DNA from: Andalucia godoyi And28
Lineage: Eukaryota > Protista > Jakobida
Length of the DNA: 64,000 nucleotides
Assembly: GCA_009859145.1 (NCBI GenBank)
Contig: VRVR01000020.1
Coordinates: forward strand, 179,403 to 243,402
Direction: 5' to 3'
The position numbers and the translations under genes are program-made. Below the pieces are notes generated by a model. The model had not been told where the DNA came from. It saw nothing but the letters and a program-made list of their open reading frames with translations, and ran no database searches. Positions 21,143 through 30,786 of this stretch are shown in pieces; position 1 is the first letter of the stretch, and the number at the start of each line of letters is the position of its first letter.

Positions 21143-22596
21143 TTACTCTGGTTTCCCGAAGACCAGCGAGACGTTAACGCCCCCGAAGCCAAATGAGTTT
21201 TTGAGGATGTTCCGCAACGGACGATGTCGAGCTTCCTGCGTTGCAAACGGCAAGTTCACAACAGGATCCAAGTCGACCAAGTTTAGAGTAGGTGGCACAA
21301 GATCGGTCGACAGCGACAACACACAAGCGACAGATTCCGCTCCCCCTGATGCACCGAGCATGTGCCCGAGAGCTCCCTTCAACGATGACACGAGTGGCTT
21401 TGCAGTTCGAGATTCATTTGCGAACAGCTTTTCGAGGTTCCTCGCTTCTACCGCATCACCGGCAGGCGTCGACGTTGCATGGGCATTCACGTAATCCACT
21501 GAACCGGAAGAAATACTTGCCTGTCTCAAAGCATCTGCCATGCACCGATAGCTCGAAGGGCCGTTGGGCTTTGTGATGTGATGCGCATCGCAAGTCGCAG
21601 CATACCCTTTGATCTCTGCCAGAATTTCTGCGCCCCGTGCCTTTGCCCTTTCGTATTCCTCAAGCACGAGAATGCCTGCACCCTCGCTCATCACAAACCC
21701 GTCGCGATTCTTGTCAAAGGGCCGTGATGCCTTTTCTGGTTCGTCGTTGTACTTTGTGGATAGAGCCTGCGCACGGCAAAACCCAGCGAAGGACACAGGC
21801 TCCGTTGCCGCTTCCGTTCCTCCACAAATCATGATATCTGCCATCCCCAGTCGAATGAAGTTGTACGAGTCTCCAATGGAATTCGCAGCGGATGCGCATG
21901 CTGTCGACACGGCATGGCACGGACCTTCCAAACCGTATCGAATGGCAACGTGACCAGCAGCCAGGTTAATCAGCATCTTTGGAATAAAATACGGAGATAT
22001 CCTTCCATATCTCTATAGTGACCGGCTCTTCGTTAGTGAGTTTTAGATCCATCCATTCATCCCGCACACGCACACACGAAGGGCCACAAAAAGAAGAATA
22101 CCGCAACAAACATACTTGGTTTGCCAGAATGTCAGAATTCGCGACAATTTCACCGATACCACCAATTCCAGATGCAATGGAAACCCCGGTTCTCTGTCTC
22201 AATCCTTCGTCTGTACGAAAATCATGTTCCACAAAACCTGCGCTTGCCACGGCCTCTGTCGCAGCGACCATGGCAAACTGGATAAACGGCGCCATCATTC
22301 TTTCGTCCTAATCGCAACAAGCCAAGACAAGTAAGCAAAAGCAAACATATCAGTATGTGAAAAGAGTCACCGCCATTCTCAACAAAACATACAATGTATG
22401 AATAACTGGATGGATTGAAGCCGAACTGGCCTTGTCGTGGAACGGATCCAGCAATCTTGCTCGGGAATTTGGAGCAGTCGAACGCACGAAGAGCCGTAAT
22501 TCCGCTCTGTCCGTCTTTCAGCTTTTGCCAAAACACATGTCTCCCAACTCCAAATGGTGACACACATCCAAGTCCAGTCACCACCACTCTTCTCAT
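21143..22596 (-). CDS. OXSM: 3-oxoacyl-ACP synthase II (mitochondrial KAS, FabF/OXSM), 3 exons
   Basis: MRRVVVTGLG start; introns 22392-22308 and 22115-22013; catalytic motifs VSTACASAANSIG, NAHATSTPAGD, GHMLGASG, KNSFGFGG. Confidence 0.93.
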
Positions 22597-22985
22597 CTCC
22601 CTCTCCTCTGGTCCTCTTCGTCCTCTGCCTTCCGCCTTCCCCACCCTGGAGGCTGTGGAATCGAAAGCTCTGAAGAACAAAGAAAAACAGCAATCGTCTT
22701 CGCCTTACGTACCGCAGTTTGGACACGGACTACGATCGGTGTTGCTTCATAGAGAAGAAAGCGCGAATCGGGATCTTTCTCATGCTGGACACTTCGAAGC
22801 ACAACACAGACCACTCGGAAACTCCATATTGCGTTTCTTCTTCATCTTACTTTTTCTTTTTATTTTCTGAAAACGTTTTTCTTGTTTCTCTGACATACGA
22901 GAGGAAAGAAGGGGGGAATAACAAAGGAAAAACAAATTTCACCGCTGATCGTGTGATCTGTCTTTCGCAGAGTTGAAATTTTTTC

Positions 22986-24029
22986 ATGGATTTCAAAAGA
23001 AGTGCTTTGAACGAGCATTTTGTGTCGACGGCAAATGCGCTGGCTGTTCTGTATCGGAAGGCTGTAGTGGTGGAGCGCGAAGGAATTTCACAAGGGATAA
23101 GCTATGCACTTTCGCGACTTTCGCAAGTGTCGTTGAACGGGTCAAAAGGGCTTTCTGCTGAAGAAGTGCGATATTTAATGGAGGAGCTGCAAAAGGAAGC
23201 GAGGATTTCTTCCGAGTCCGTGTTTGGAGACGCGCCGTCGCAGTCGTCGGGGAGTACAGGGTCCGTCATACAGCCTTCCAACTCATTATCATTACCATTG
23301 GCATTGCCATCGTCGTCATCATCTGCGTCTTCGCCTGGCGCGTCCTCTGGCGCATCATCTGCGTCCTCTGCGTCGCTTGCTGTTTCGACGAACGGTAGCG
23401 GTCATAATTCTAATCTCCACCCTCATCCTCACCCTCATCCTCACCCTCATCCTCACCATCATCCTCACCATCATCATCCTCACCATCATCATCACAACAA
23501 TCACAATGGCAATGGCAACACAAATCATAGTAACAATAACCACAGCAACAGTCACGGTCAAAATAATATGAATCGTATTGGTGGCGGTAGTGTTAGTAGT
23601 AGTATTAATAGTAATAGTAGTAATAGTAGTAATAGTAGCGGTGCTAGCGGTGCTAGTGGTGCTGAGGACGGTGGTATTAGCACGATTGAGAGTGTTAGTT
23701 CTGGGAATGTACATATGGGAAATCCACACCAATCCGTGCAATATGGATATCCACAGACGTTGCCGTTTGGAAGTTCCGGCCAGCCGTTTCAGGATCCGCT
23801 GTCCTCGTCCAACTCGTTTTCGCAGCAAGTGCACTATCATCAACAGATGCAGCAGACGCAACCGACGCAGCAGATGCAGCAGGGAATGAATGATGTTTTT
23901 GGAAACACATTTACGAGTAATCCTGCGCAGTTTGGATTTCCAATCAAGAGAAGACCGGAAGAAGACTTTGTGATGATGGACCAAGGAACCCCCCATCCCT
24001 TCTACGTGAAACGAGGAAGGTTTGGTTAA
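22986..24029 (+). CDS. HAPSTR1/C16orf72-like protein with His/Asn/Ser low-complexity tract
   Basis: N-terminal HFVSTANALAVLYRK..GISYALSRL resembles the F..AAN.L..LY....G...ALE.L motif of HAPSTR1-family proteins. Basic C-terminus (YVKRGRF). Confidence 0.55.
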   Translation: MDFKRSALNEHFVSTANALAVLYRKAVVVEREGISQGISYALSRLSQVSLNGSKGLSAEEVRYLMEELQKEARISSESVFGDAPSQSSGSTGSVIQPSNSLSLPLALPSSSSSASSPGASSGASSASSASLAVSTNGSGHNSNLHPHPHPHPHPHPHHHPHHHHPHHHHHNNHNGNGNTNHSNNNHSNSHGQNNMNRIGGGSVSSSINSNSSNSSNSSGASGASGAEDGGISTIESVSSGNVHMGNPHQSVQYGYPQTLPFGSSGQPFQDPLSSSNSFSQQVHYHQQMQQTQPTQQMQQGMNDVFGNTFTSNPAQFGFPIKRRPEEDFVMMDQGTPHPFYVKRGRFG

Positions 24030-24633
24030 CACACAACTGTTCCAGTTCCATTCCGTGTCTTTTTCTTTTCTTTTTCCGCTGTCTATTATTACTATCTTCA
24101 ACTGTAATGGTAACTTTTTAAACTTTCTTTAAAAGAAATGGAGAGAATAAGACGGAAAAATGCTGAGCCGCATGTCCAAGCCGTCATCATCTTTTGCTTC
24201 CCTTTAACTATGATCGTTATTCATCTCTTTCTTTCCTGAAAAATGTTCAAATGACAGATGCTTTTTTCACTTGCTGTAGTCGGACACAGAATTTCTTGAG
24301 GAGACACTCCCTCCCACTCAAGTCTTTTCGGACTGGAGGTTTCTCAGTGATTCCTCAGAACCCCACTAGGATGTCAGACGACGACGATGATGTTGTTGTC
24401 CAGTGTTTTCGTTCGACCTTTTCGCTTCCCTTCTTTTTCCTTCCAGATGACATTTCTTTTTTCTTTTTCTTCTTCTTCTTCTTCTTCTTCTTCTTCTTTT
24501 CGTTGTTTGGTTTACACACAATTATAATTGGAGTTGTTATACTTATACTTATAGTTATAGTTATAGTGGTTATATCTCCGAGTCTTCTGCTACTGTGGAC
24601 CACGATAGACAGACGGTTGAAGCTTGGAGAGAT

Positions 24634-27384
24634 ATGATTTCTGCACAAGATGCTGGTCAAGGCTTGGCAGTGGCAGTGGCAGGTGCCCAGAGTCCTGTTC
24701 AGGCACCTCGAGTGACTGTGGCTTTACAATCAACTCCAGGTTCTCCTTCCACAACCCAATTTTCTAGTTTTGCAGCACCGCTACTTGCGTCTGTCCAGAC
24801 TGCACATCGGCGGTTTCTTTCCTCTCTTGTTGGATCCTCCACGCTTGCAGACTGCCGATTCAAGCTTGTGTCGTCCAACGATCCGTCGGCTTCAGCTTCG
24901 GCTTCGTCGCATGGTGGTGCTGCAGCTGCGTTTGGATCGCCGCCATCTGTTCGTGGAAGTAGAAATGCGCAATTGCCAAAGTCCGCTGGGCCCGACGGAG
25001 TTGCGCATGACGAAGTAATTATCCCGGCGCATCGAGTGCTGCTTTCACAATACACGTTTTTTGCATCCCTGTTCTCTGGTGATTTTGCAGATTCAACTGA
25101 TCCGGAAATTGTGTTGGATGCAGATGCGGTGGATAAGAATCTGCTGCTTTCTGCGCTGGAATTTATATACACCGGCTGGACGAACATTACGCATTCGAAT
25201 GCGTACCCATTGTATGCATTGGCGGAGCAGTTGACAATCACTGCGCTTCAGGACGTTACGCTTGCATTTATGAATTGCTGCTGTTCTGTATCAGATCTTC
25301 TCAGTTTGCTTTCGCATCGCGTCAGCAGCAGAGGAGAAATGTCGGGCGAGTCCTCGCAGCTTGTTCGGACGTGCTTGGAGAACCTTGGGCAGCGACCGCG
25401 ATCGCTGTTTCAATGCCCAGAGTTTCTGCAGCTTCCGCCTCTTGCAATGAGAAGCTTGCTGATGGGCGACACCCTGGGGAAAGTACGCGAAGAGGAAATC
25501 TTGGAAGCCGTGTCCTCCTGGGCCCGTGTTCTGTTGGATCGCGAAGGTCGGACTGCCTGCGAATCTGCGTTGGCCGAGGTTGCGCCGTACATTCGGTGGG
25601 CCTGGATTCCAAAATCGAAGCTGTTTATGATCGGAAGGGAATGGACCGAACACCCGTTCGTTGTTCCGGGATTCCGGGAGATTCATCACAAGGCTCTGAT
25701 GCTCGTTATGCAACGGGATCAGCTGCAGCTGCCTTTTGACATGTCACTTCTTGCCCTTTCTGGCAATTCTCCAGAGTATTTATTTCCGCGAAAGAGACCT
25801 CGTCTGCAAAAGAAGGGATTCAGCGCAAGTCCGACGAGTCCTAATGGTGATCTACATGGGTCGTCTCCTATTCCAAGTAATCAGTTTTTCTTGCCTGCAG
25901 GCATGCCAGCCGCAACTTCTGTTTTGCAGCAAAGTCGCGTTCCTTCACCTCCTATTCTAACGCAGCAACTGCGCTTCCGCCTGCCGAGCAGGAGCACGTG
26001 CGTTGCAGTGGATGGCGACCGCATTTACACAGGCCATGTGGACCGCGAAATTCACGTATGGGATCTACGAACGGGAGACTTGATTCGGACACTCGCCTTC
26101 CATTCTGAACTGATTGTCTGCTTGGATGCACGCGACGGACTTTTGGTGTCTGGTGCGCGAGACAATCACGTCATGTTGTGGGATGCGTCGGTTGGCACTG
26201 GAAACTCCATTTCTCCGCTTCCAAATGCTCCCCCCTCGTTCCTTCTCCGGCTTGAGGGCCACGAACAGTCTGTGTATGGGGTTGTCTTGGCTCCGTGGCT
26301 CGGTTGCATCTATTCGTGCTCCCGTGACCGCACTGTTCGAAAGTGGAACTATTGGCTGACGCTTCCGAATGGCGCAACTGTTCATTCCAAAGCGCAAACT
26401 GGAACTGGCTCCGAGTCCCGCATTGTCGGTGCGCGTTCGTCTCCTGCTGGATCCGTGGACATCCCGTCTTCTGCATTGTCCGTGACACTCGGAGACAATT
26501 CGATGTTGTACGTTGCCTGTGGAGATGGAAATATCCGCATTGTTGATGGTCGTACCATGGTTTCGATCGCGGTCTTGGGCGTTAATCATACGACAACGAT
26601 GCGATGCGTACATTTTTGTGGCCCGATGATTGTCACGGAACCTGCGGAATGGGAACCCGTGCCCTCTGCTGCAAACCCTCGTGCTGGTGTATCAGACGGC
26701 ATTCCGCCGACCGTTACTTCTGTTCGTCGCGTCCGACGTCGGTTGCTGGTCGCTGGCGCTACGGATGGCACTGTATTCTTCTATGACTGCGAGAGGCATC
26801 AACTCTTGTGGCGATCTCGCCGCCATACCTCAAAGGTATTTGCGCTGGCACATTCCACCACTCACAACGTTATTGTCTCGTCTTCAGAGGACATGCACGC
26901 ATGCGTCTGGAATCCGGATCTTTCCGACGTCGGCGGTCCTTCTGGCCTACGAGATCGTGCAGAGGTTGACATTGACGAAGATCCGTTATTACAAATTGAT
27001 GATACGCCACCAATGTACGCCGGCTTTCCTTCAACAGCTGGAATTCCAGGGATGCCCGTGGCTGCAAGTGCTGCCCATCCACCGGGTTCACTTCTCGAAG
27101 TGTTGCCGCCTCTTCCGATCGTCCCCGTTCCGATTTCTGCATCTGTAATCATCCAAAATAATCTTGCTAACGATGCCGCCAACAACAATGTCGCTCCTGT
27201 TCCACCGAACAACGGCGCGAACAATGCCGATGCGGCGGTCATTGTTCCGTCCTTGGATGGCCACTTGGACACGCTTCGCGTTCACCAAGACTGGGTGACC
27301 GGCGTCGCTGCTTTGGACCGTGTGATCGTTACGTGCTCTAGAGACGAATCCGTTGTTGCTTTCCGCTTTACCGAACAGCGGTAA
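24634..27384 (+). CDS. BTB/POZ + BACK + WD40-repeat protein
   Basis: ADCRFKLV..IPAHRVLLSQYTFFASLFSGDFADS..ALEFIYTG (BTB); EFLQLP..EEEILEAVSSWA..IRW (BACK); WD repeats GHVDREIHVWD, GHEQSVYGV, HQDWVTGV. ATG at 24634. Confidence 0.85.
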   Translation: MISAQDAGQGLAVAVAGAQSPVQAPRVTVALQSTPGSPSTTQFSSFAAPLLASVQTAHRRFLSSLVGSSTLADCRFKLVSSNDPSASASASSHGGAAAAFGSPPSVRGSRNAQLPKSAGPDGVAHDEVIIPAHRVLLSQYTFFASLFSGDFADSTDPEIVLDADAVDKNLLLSALEFIYTGWTNITHSNAYPLYALAEQLTITALQDVTLAFMNCCCSVSDLLSLLSHRVSSRGEMSGESSQLVRTCLENLGQRPRSLFQCPEFLQLPPLAMRSLLMGDTLGKVREEEILEAVSSWARVLLDREGRTACESALAEVAPYIRWAWIPKSKLFMIGREWTEHPFVVPGFREIHHKALMLVMQRDQLQLPFDMSLLALSGNSPEYLFPRKRPRLQKKGFSASPTSPNGDLHGSSPIPSNQFFLPAGMPAATSVLQQSRVPSPPILTQQLRFRLPSRSTCVAVDGDRIYTGHVDREIHVWDLRTGDLIRTLAFHSELIVCLDARDGLLVSGARDNHVMLWDASVGTGNSISPLPNAPPSFLLRLEGHEQSVYGVVLAPWLGCIYSCSRDRTVRKWNYWLTLPNGATVHSKAQTGTGSESRIVGARSSPAGSVDIPSSALSVTLGDNSMLYVACGDGNIRIVDGRTMVSIAVLGVNHTTTMRCVHFCGPMIVTEPAEWEPVPSAANPRAGVSDGIPPTVTSVRRVRRRLLVAGATDGTVFFYDCERHQLLWRSRRHTSKVFALAHSTTHNVIVSSSEDMHACVWNPDLSDVGGPSGLRDRAEVDIDEDPLLQIDDTPPMYAGFPSTAGIPGMPVAASAAHPPGSLLEVLPPLPIVPVPISASVIIQNNLANDAANNNVAPVPPNNGANNADAAVIVPSLDGHLDTLRVHQDWVTGVAALDRVIVTCSRDESVVAFRFTEQR

Positions 27385-27862
27385 TCCATGGACATTCGTC
27401 ACATTTTTCTCTTGTTTTTTAAGCCGAGTTTGCGTTTTTTCGTTTCCTATGCTTCCGATGTGTCGTCATTTGTTCATGTTTGTATGGTTAAGAACGCGGT
27501 TTCAACATTTGGGGGAAACTTGTTCCCTCCCCTTGTTGTCTCTTTCTTTTATTATGGTAACGTGAAGCTTGTAAAGCCCTTCCAGCTGTCTGGATATGAC
27601 CGAACTCAACAACTCCACTATGGCCAGTACGCAGAAGCACCTCGGACACCAACCAGCGTCGCGCCTCCATCTTCCGTCGCTGCCACTTATTGCCATCTGA
27701 TGAATCAATCTAAAGCGCACGCAAACAAAAACACGCCGCCGCATTGCATTCTCGCACAGCGACGCTCATTTCATTTCATTAGTTTTATTGTCCATGCAAC
27801 GCACCATGTCCGTCACGCCCGCAACGCTGCGCAACACCCATGACAATCTCCACCGCCACCTT

Positions 27863-28211
27863 CCGGCGCTGGATCCCGGGGTGCGCACTTTTGCAACTGG
27901 TTATGCCCCTTCGGGTCGCATGAGCGAGGTCGGCGCAAAGGATGCTTCGTGCATTTATCGGCTGTGTCTGTCTGCCGACAAACTGTCTTCGAAGATCGCC
28001 AAGGTGTTTTGTTGCCCATCGTGCAAATGCACGGTCGACCGCGATTGGAACGGCGCGCGCAGCATCTACATCTATCTTAGGAATGTCTCTCATGCCGAGG
28101 GGCGTGTTCGGGGTCTAGCCCCCTTCTCGATCATGCTGTGCATGTTGTTGGGTTGCAGCATTGATTATGGGTGATCAGCGATGATTATCCGTGGTTAGTG
28201 TACAACGTAGG
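27863..28211 (+). mobile_element. Internally deleted Fanzor2/TnpB element, copy 2 (RuvC-I + Zn-ribbon/RuvC-III + right end)
   Basis: ALDPGVRTFATGYAPSGR..IYRLCLSADKLSSKI joins in frame to KVFCCPSCKCTVDRDWNGARSIY. Ends in AGTGTACAACGTAGG (28211), homologous to the copy-1 end. The left boundary is unknown. Confidence 0.85.
28085..28211 (+). ncRNA. Putative Fanzor omegaRNA scaffold, copy 2
   Basis: Hairpins GTCTCT/AGGGGC, GGGG-TCTAG-CCCC, ATCATGCTG/CAGCATTGAT, and a 13-bp TTATGGGTGATCA-GCGA-TGATTATCCGTGG stem (GNRA loop). Loop UCUA pairs with the terminal UAGG. Confidence 0.65.
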
Positions 28212-29025
28212 CGCTGACAATAGTCGACCAATCGTTTCATTAGTGAGTTTTCTCTTATTTTTGTTTTGGACTTCGTTGTTTCGATTTTTGAAAGGTTGCG
28301 TTTGGTTTTGACAGAATCGAACAATGAGAAGAGAGAAATGTTGAACTTCATTGCGATTATGGAAGTGCTGTTTCCTTTTCTTCAACGATTCTCATCTGGG
28401 ATCGCGTTCTTGTCGATCGTTTGCACGTTCGTCGTCCTGTACTTCAAGAGAGAACAGCCAATCTTGCTGCCTGTGAGAAGGATCCAGCCGCACGTCTTCC
28501 GTCGTTCTCGAACGTCGCACTTGCATGCTCATTCTGTCGGTTTCAGGCAATCAGGTGCGCTTTCATCGTGATTTGCTTCAAAAGAATTGCATTGCCATTT
28601 ATATCTTATTTTGCTGAATATCGCGTGCATGTTGTTCAGCCACTTTTCGTTTTGTCGAGGACTTCCCATTGTACATTCCTCCCCTCGGCCTTTCTCCCGT
28701 CTGAAGTGTTGCTGATTTGTGCCCCAACGCTCCTCGTGGGTGATGATCATCGCAGGAAAAATACTTGTTTTAATGTTTCTGTTTGTTTTGTTTTTTATTG
28801 TGCTGCTGTTGTTCCACTTGAATGCTCGATTTCAAGTTCAAATGCAAGCAGTCCTTTCTTGTTTTTTTTTTTAAAATTGCGGGGTTGTTGTTGTATACAA
28901 AAGTTGCAACGAACAGGAAAACGAGGTTTCGGCTGTCCTTCGTCCAGGAGCTCTGCGACTGCGTTGTCGGGAATCCTCCAAAATGAAAGAGGGTTGGCTT
29001 CGAATTTTCGTTGGGACTGTGCAGA

Positions 29026-29616
29026 ATGAAGCAAACGCTGAGCAAGCATGCAAAGTTGTTCATTATCATCGGGTCGCTTGCGGCATTGGTGCTGATTATT
29101 GGCGCGGCACTGACCGTCTATTTTGTGTATCCTCGCGATGTGAAGATTGAAGAGAAGTCGACAGAAAGCACAGATTTTGTAGCGTCGCTGGACCTGAGTG
29201 GAATCCGTGTGTCCGGAACGGTGACGTCGACGTATACTGTGGACAATCCAAACTATTTTTCGGTTGTGTTGCGGAACCTTACTGTTCGGCTCTGGCATGA
29301 ATCCAGCAATCCGGATACCAGCCCGCCGTTGAAGCAGCTTGTGCGGACGCACGACGAGTTCCGCCGAAGATCTACCACAGACTATGTGCTCGTGTTCAAT
29401 TTCGACGAGGACGTCACCGACGACCAAGTTACAGACATTTTCAATGACTGCTTGGCTTCGTCTCGCACGGTCATTCGCGTGATTGCAACTGGCACTGGAC
29501 AGTATCTTGGATTCGACCGGGACGTCCGTCTCGATGAGAAACAGCCCTTTGCTTGCAGTGCGGAAGACTTCTTTTCGAACCCGTTTATGACGCCCTCGAA
29601 CGACGATGTAGCATAG
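29026..29616 (+). CDS. TMEM106/LEA_2-type single-pass membrane protein
   Basis: One TM helix (LFIIIGSLAALVLIIGAALTVYFVYPR) followed by TVDNPNYFSVVLRNLTV, the NPN motif of LEA_2/TMEM106. ATG at 29026. Confidence 0.75.
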   Translation: MKQTLSKHAKLFIIIGSLAALVLIIGAALTVYFVYPRDVKIEEKSTESTDFVASLDLSGIRVSGTVTSTYTVDNPNYFSVVLRNLTVRLWHESSNPDTSPPLKQLVRTHDEFRRRSTTDYVLVFNFDEDVTDDQVTDIFNDCLASSRTVIRVIATGTGQYLGFDRDVRLDEKQPFACSAEDFFSNPFMTPSNDDVA

Positions 29617-29869
29617 GGGGACGGGTAATTCGGAAGCGTGAATTTTAATGAACAAAAACAGAAATAAAAAACTACTACTGCATAGCATTGCATCGCATTG
29701 CATCGCATCACGTTGTGTTGCGTATAGCCCCAAGTTAAGCACACTTGTGCGCCGGAACACAGAAACGAAAACCTGTGCACTGCATCTCAGTAGAGAGGAA
29801 GCTTTTCAAGAAGAAGGAAAAAACAAGAGGATCACCGATAGTGAGGGGCATGTACATGCATGAATGCGA

Positions 29870-30430
29870 TCACGTAGAGGCCATCACTTCTTGTCCAAAA
29901 ACACTGATTGTCTGAAGGACAAGGTTAAACATATCGAAAAACCCAGCAACAACAGTACGAAGTAGTCTCGGATCCATACATCGGAACGTGCTACATCGAC
30001 TCGATCAAACGTGAGACGCGCTGGGATGTGTCAAACGAGAAAACGAAAACAAGATAACCATTTAATAAATAAAAAATAATGATAACGTACGCTTTGAAAG
30101 TGAATCCATCGACATGGATTTCCCGAACTACCTTGTCTGGTTGCAGTTCCTCATCTAGAATCAGAGACCGATACGCAACCAATGCCAGTTCGCGGCTGGG
30201 AAAATCAAATTCAAAACCACTGAACCGGTAGCAACAGTAATGATAAGAAAAACGACGACGAAGAGGAGGATAACGGCGACGAAGACGATGATGAGGTACA
30301 GAAAACAACAACCAAGTAAGAAACCCGTTGGAAAGGCCAAAAAATAAAAATAAAACGGCAGCTTTTAAGCAATATGAAGCAAAAACACATACGATGCAAA
30401 TGGGAACTTGCCTGTTTGTGGTGGTTGCAT
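29870..30430 (-). CDS. PCC1: EKC/KEOPS subunit Pcc1/LAGE3, 3 exons
   Basis: Spliced (introns 30392-30220 GTATGT..TTCAG and 30090-29991 GTACGT..GTAG): MQPPQTGKFPFASGFEFDFPSRELALVAYRSLILDEELQPDKVVREIHVDGFTFKATFRCMDPRLLRTVVAGFFDMFNLVLQTISVFGQEVMAST. Confidence 0.85.
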
Positions 30431-30618
30431 TTGGGGAATCTGCTGCTTGACAAATGTTATTCATTTGGGTTTGGGATATTGAGGGCGACTGCGTCTTTTG
30501 AAGCAAAAGCAAAGGTGGAGAAAGACGCAAAGACGATCTGGAAAACTCGTGCATACAGGCGTTTTCATCATCCCGCCGATGTTTTGGAGAAGAGAGTGGC
30601 CCTGTGGTGGATGGGTAT

Positions 30619-30626
30619 GTGCGTGT

Positions 30627-30657
<31 letters not shown>

Positions 30658-30662
30658 GGGGG
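30619..30662. repeat. (GT)n followed by 22-nt G homopolymer
   Basis: Directly visible; the G run spans 30641-30662. Confidence 0.9.
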
Positions 30663-30786
30663 ACAGAGAAGGGGCAATAGGGAACGTTCATTAAAACACA
30701 AAGAAAAAGAAACAGAAAGAAGAACTACTTACTCGCGAGGTCTACGCGGAACGATGGTGTGGCTGGTTTCGCGTCTCGGGGGTTCG

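Noticed and set aside
27455-27490. Weak similarity of CGTCATT..CATG upstream of Fanzor copy 2 to the left region of copy 1 (~21060-21035, - strand)
   Set aside because: Short and gapped; cannot be distinguished from chance, so the copy-2 left end is left undefined.
28266-28571. Small ORF with a hydrophobic segment (MLNFIAIMEVLFPFL...) downstream of Fanzor copy 2
   Set aside because: No recognisable family and no supportable splice link to the LEA_2 gene; may be real but cannot be supported.
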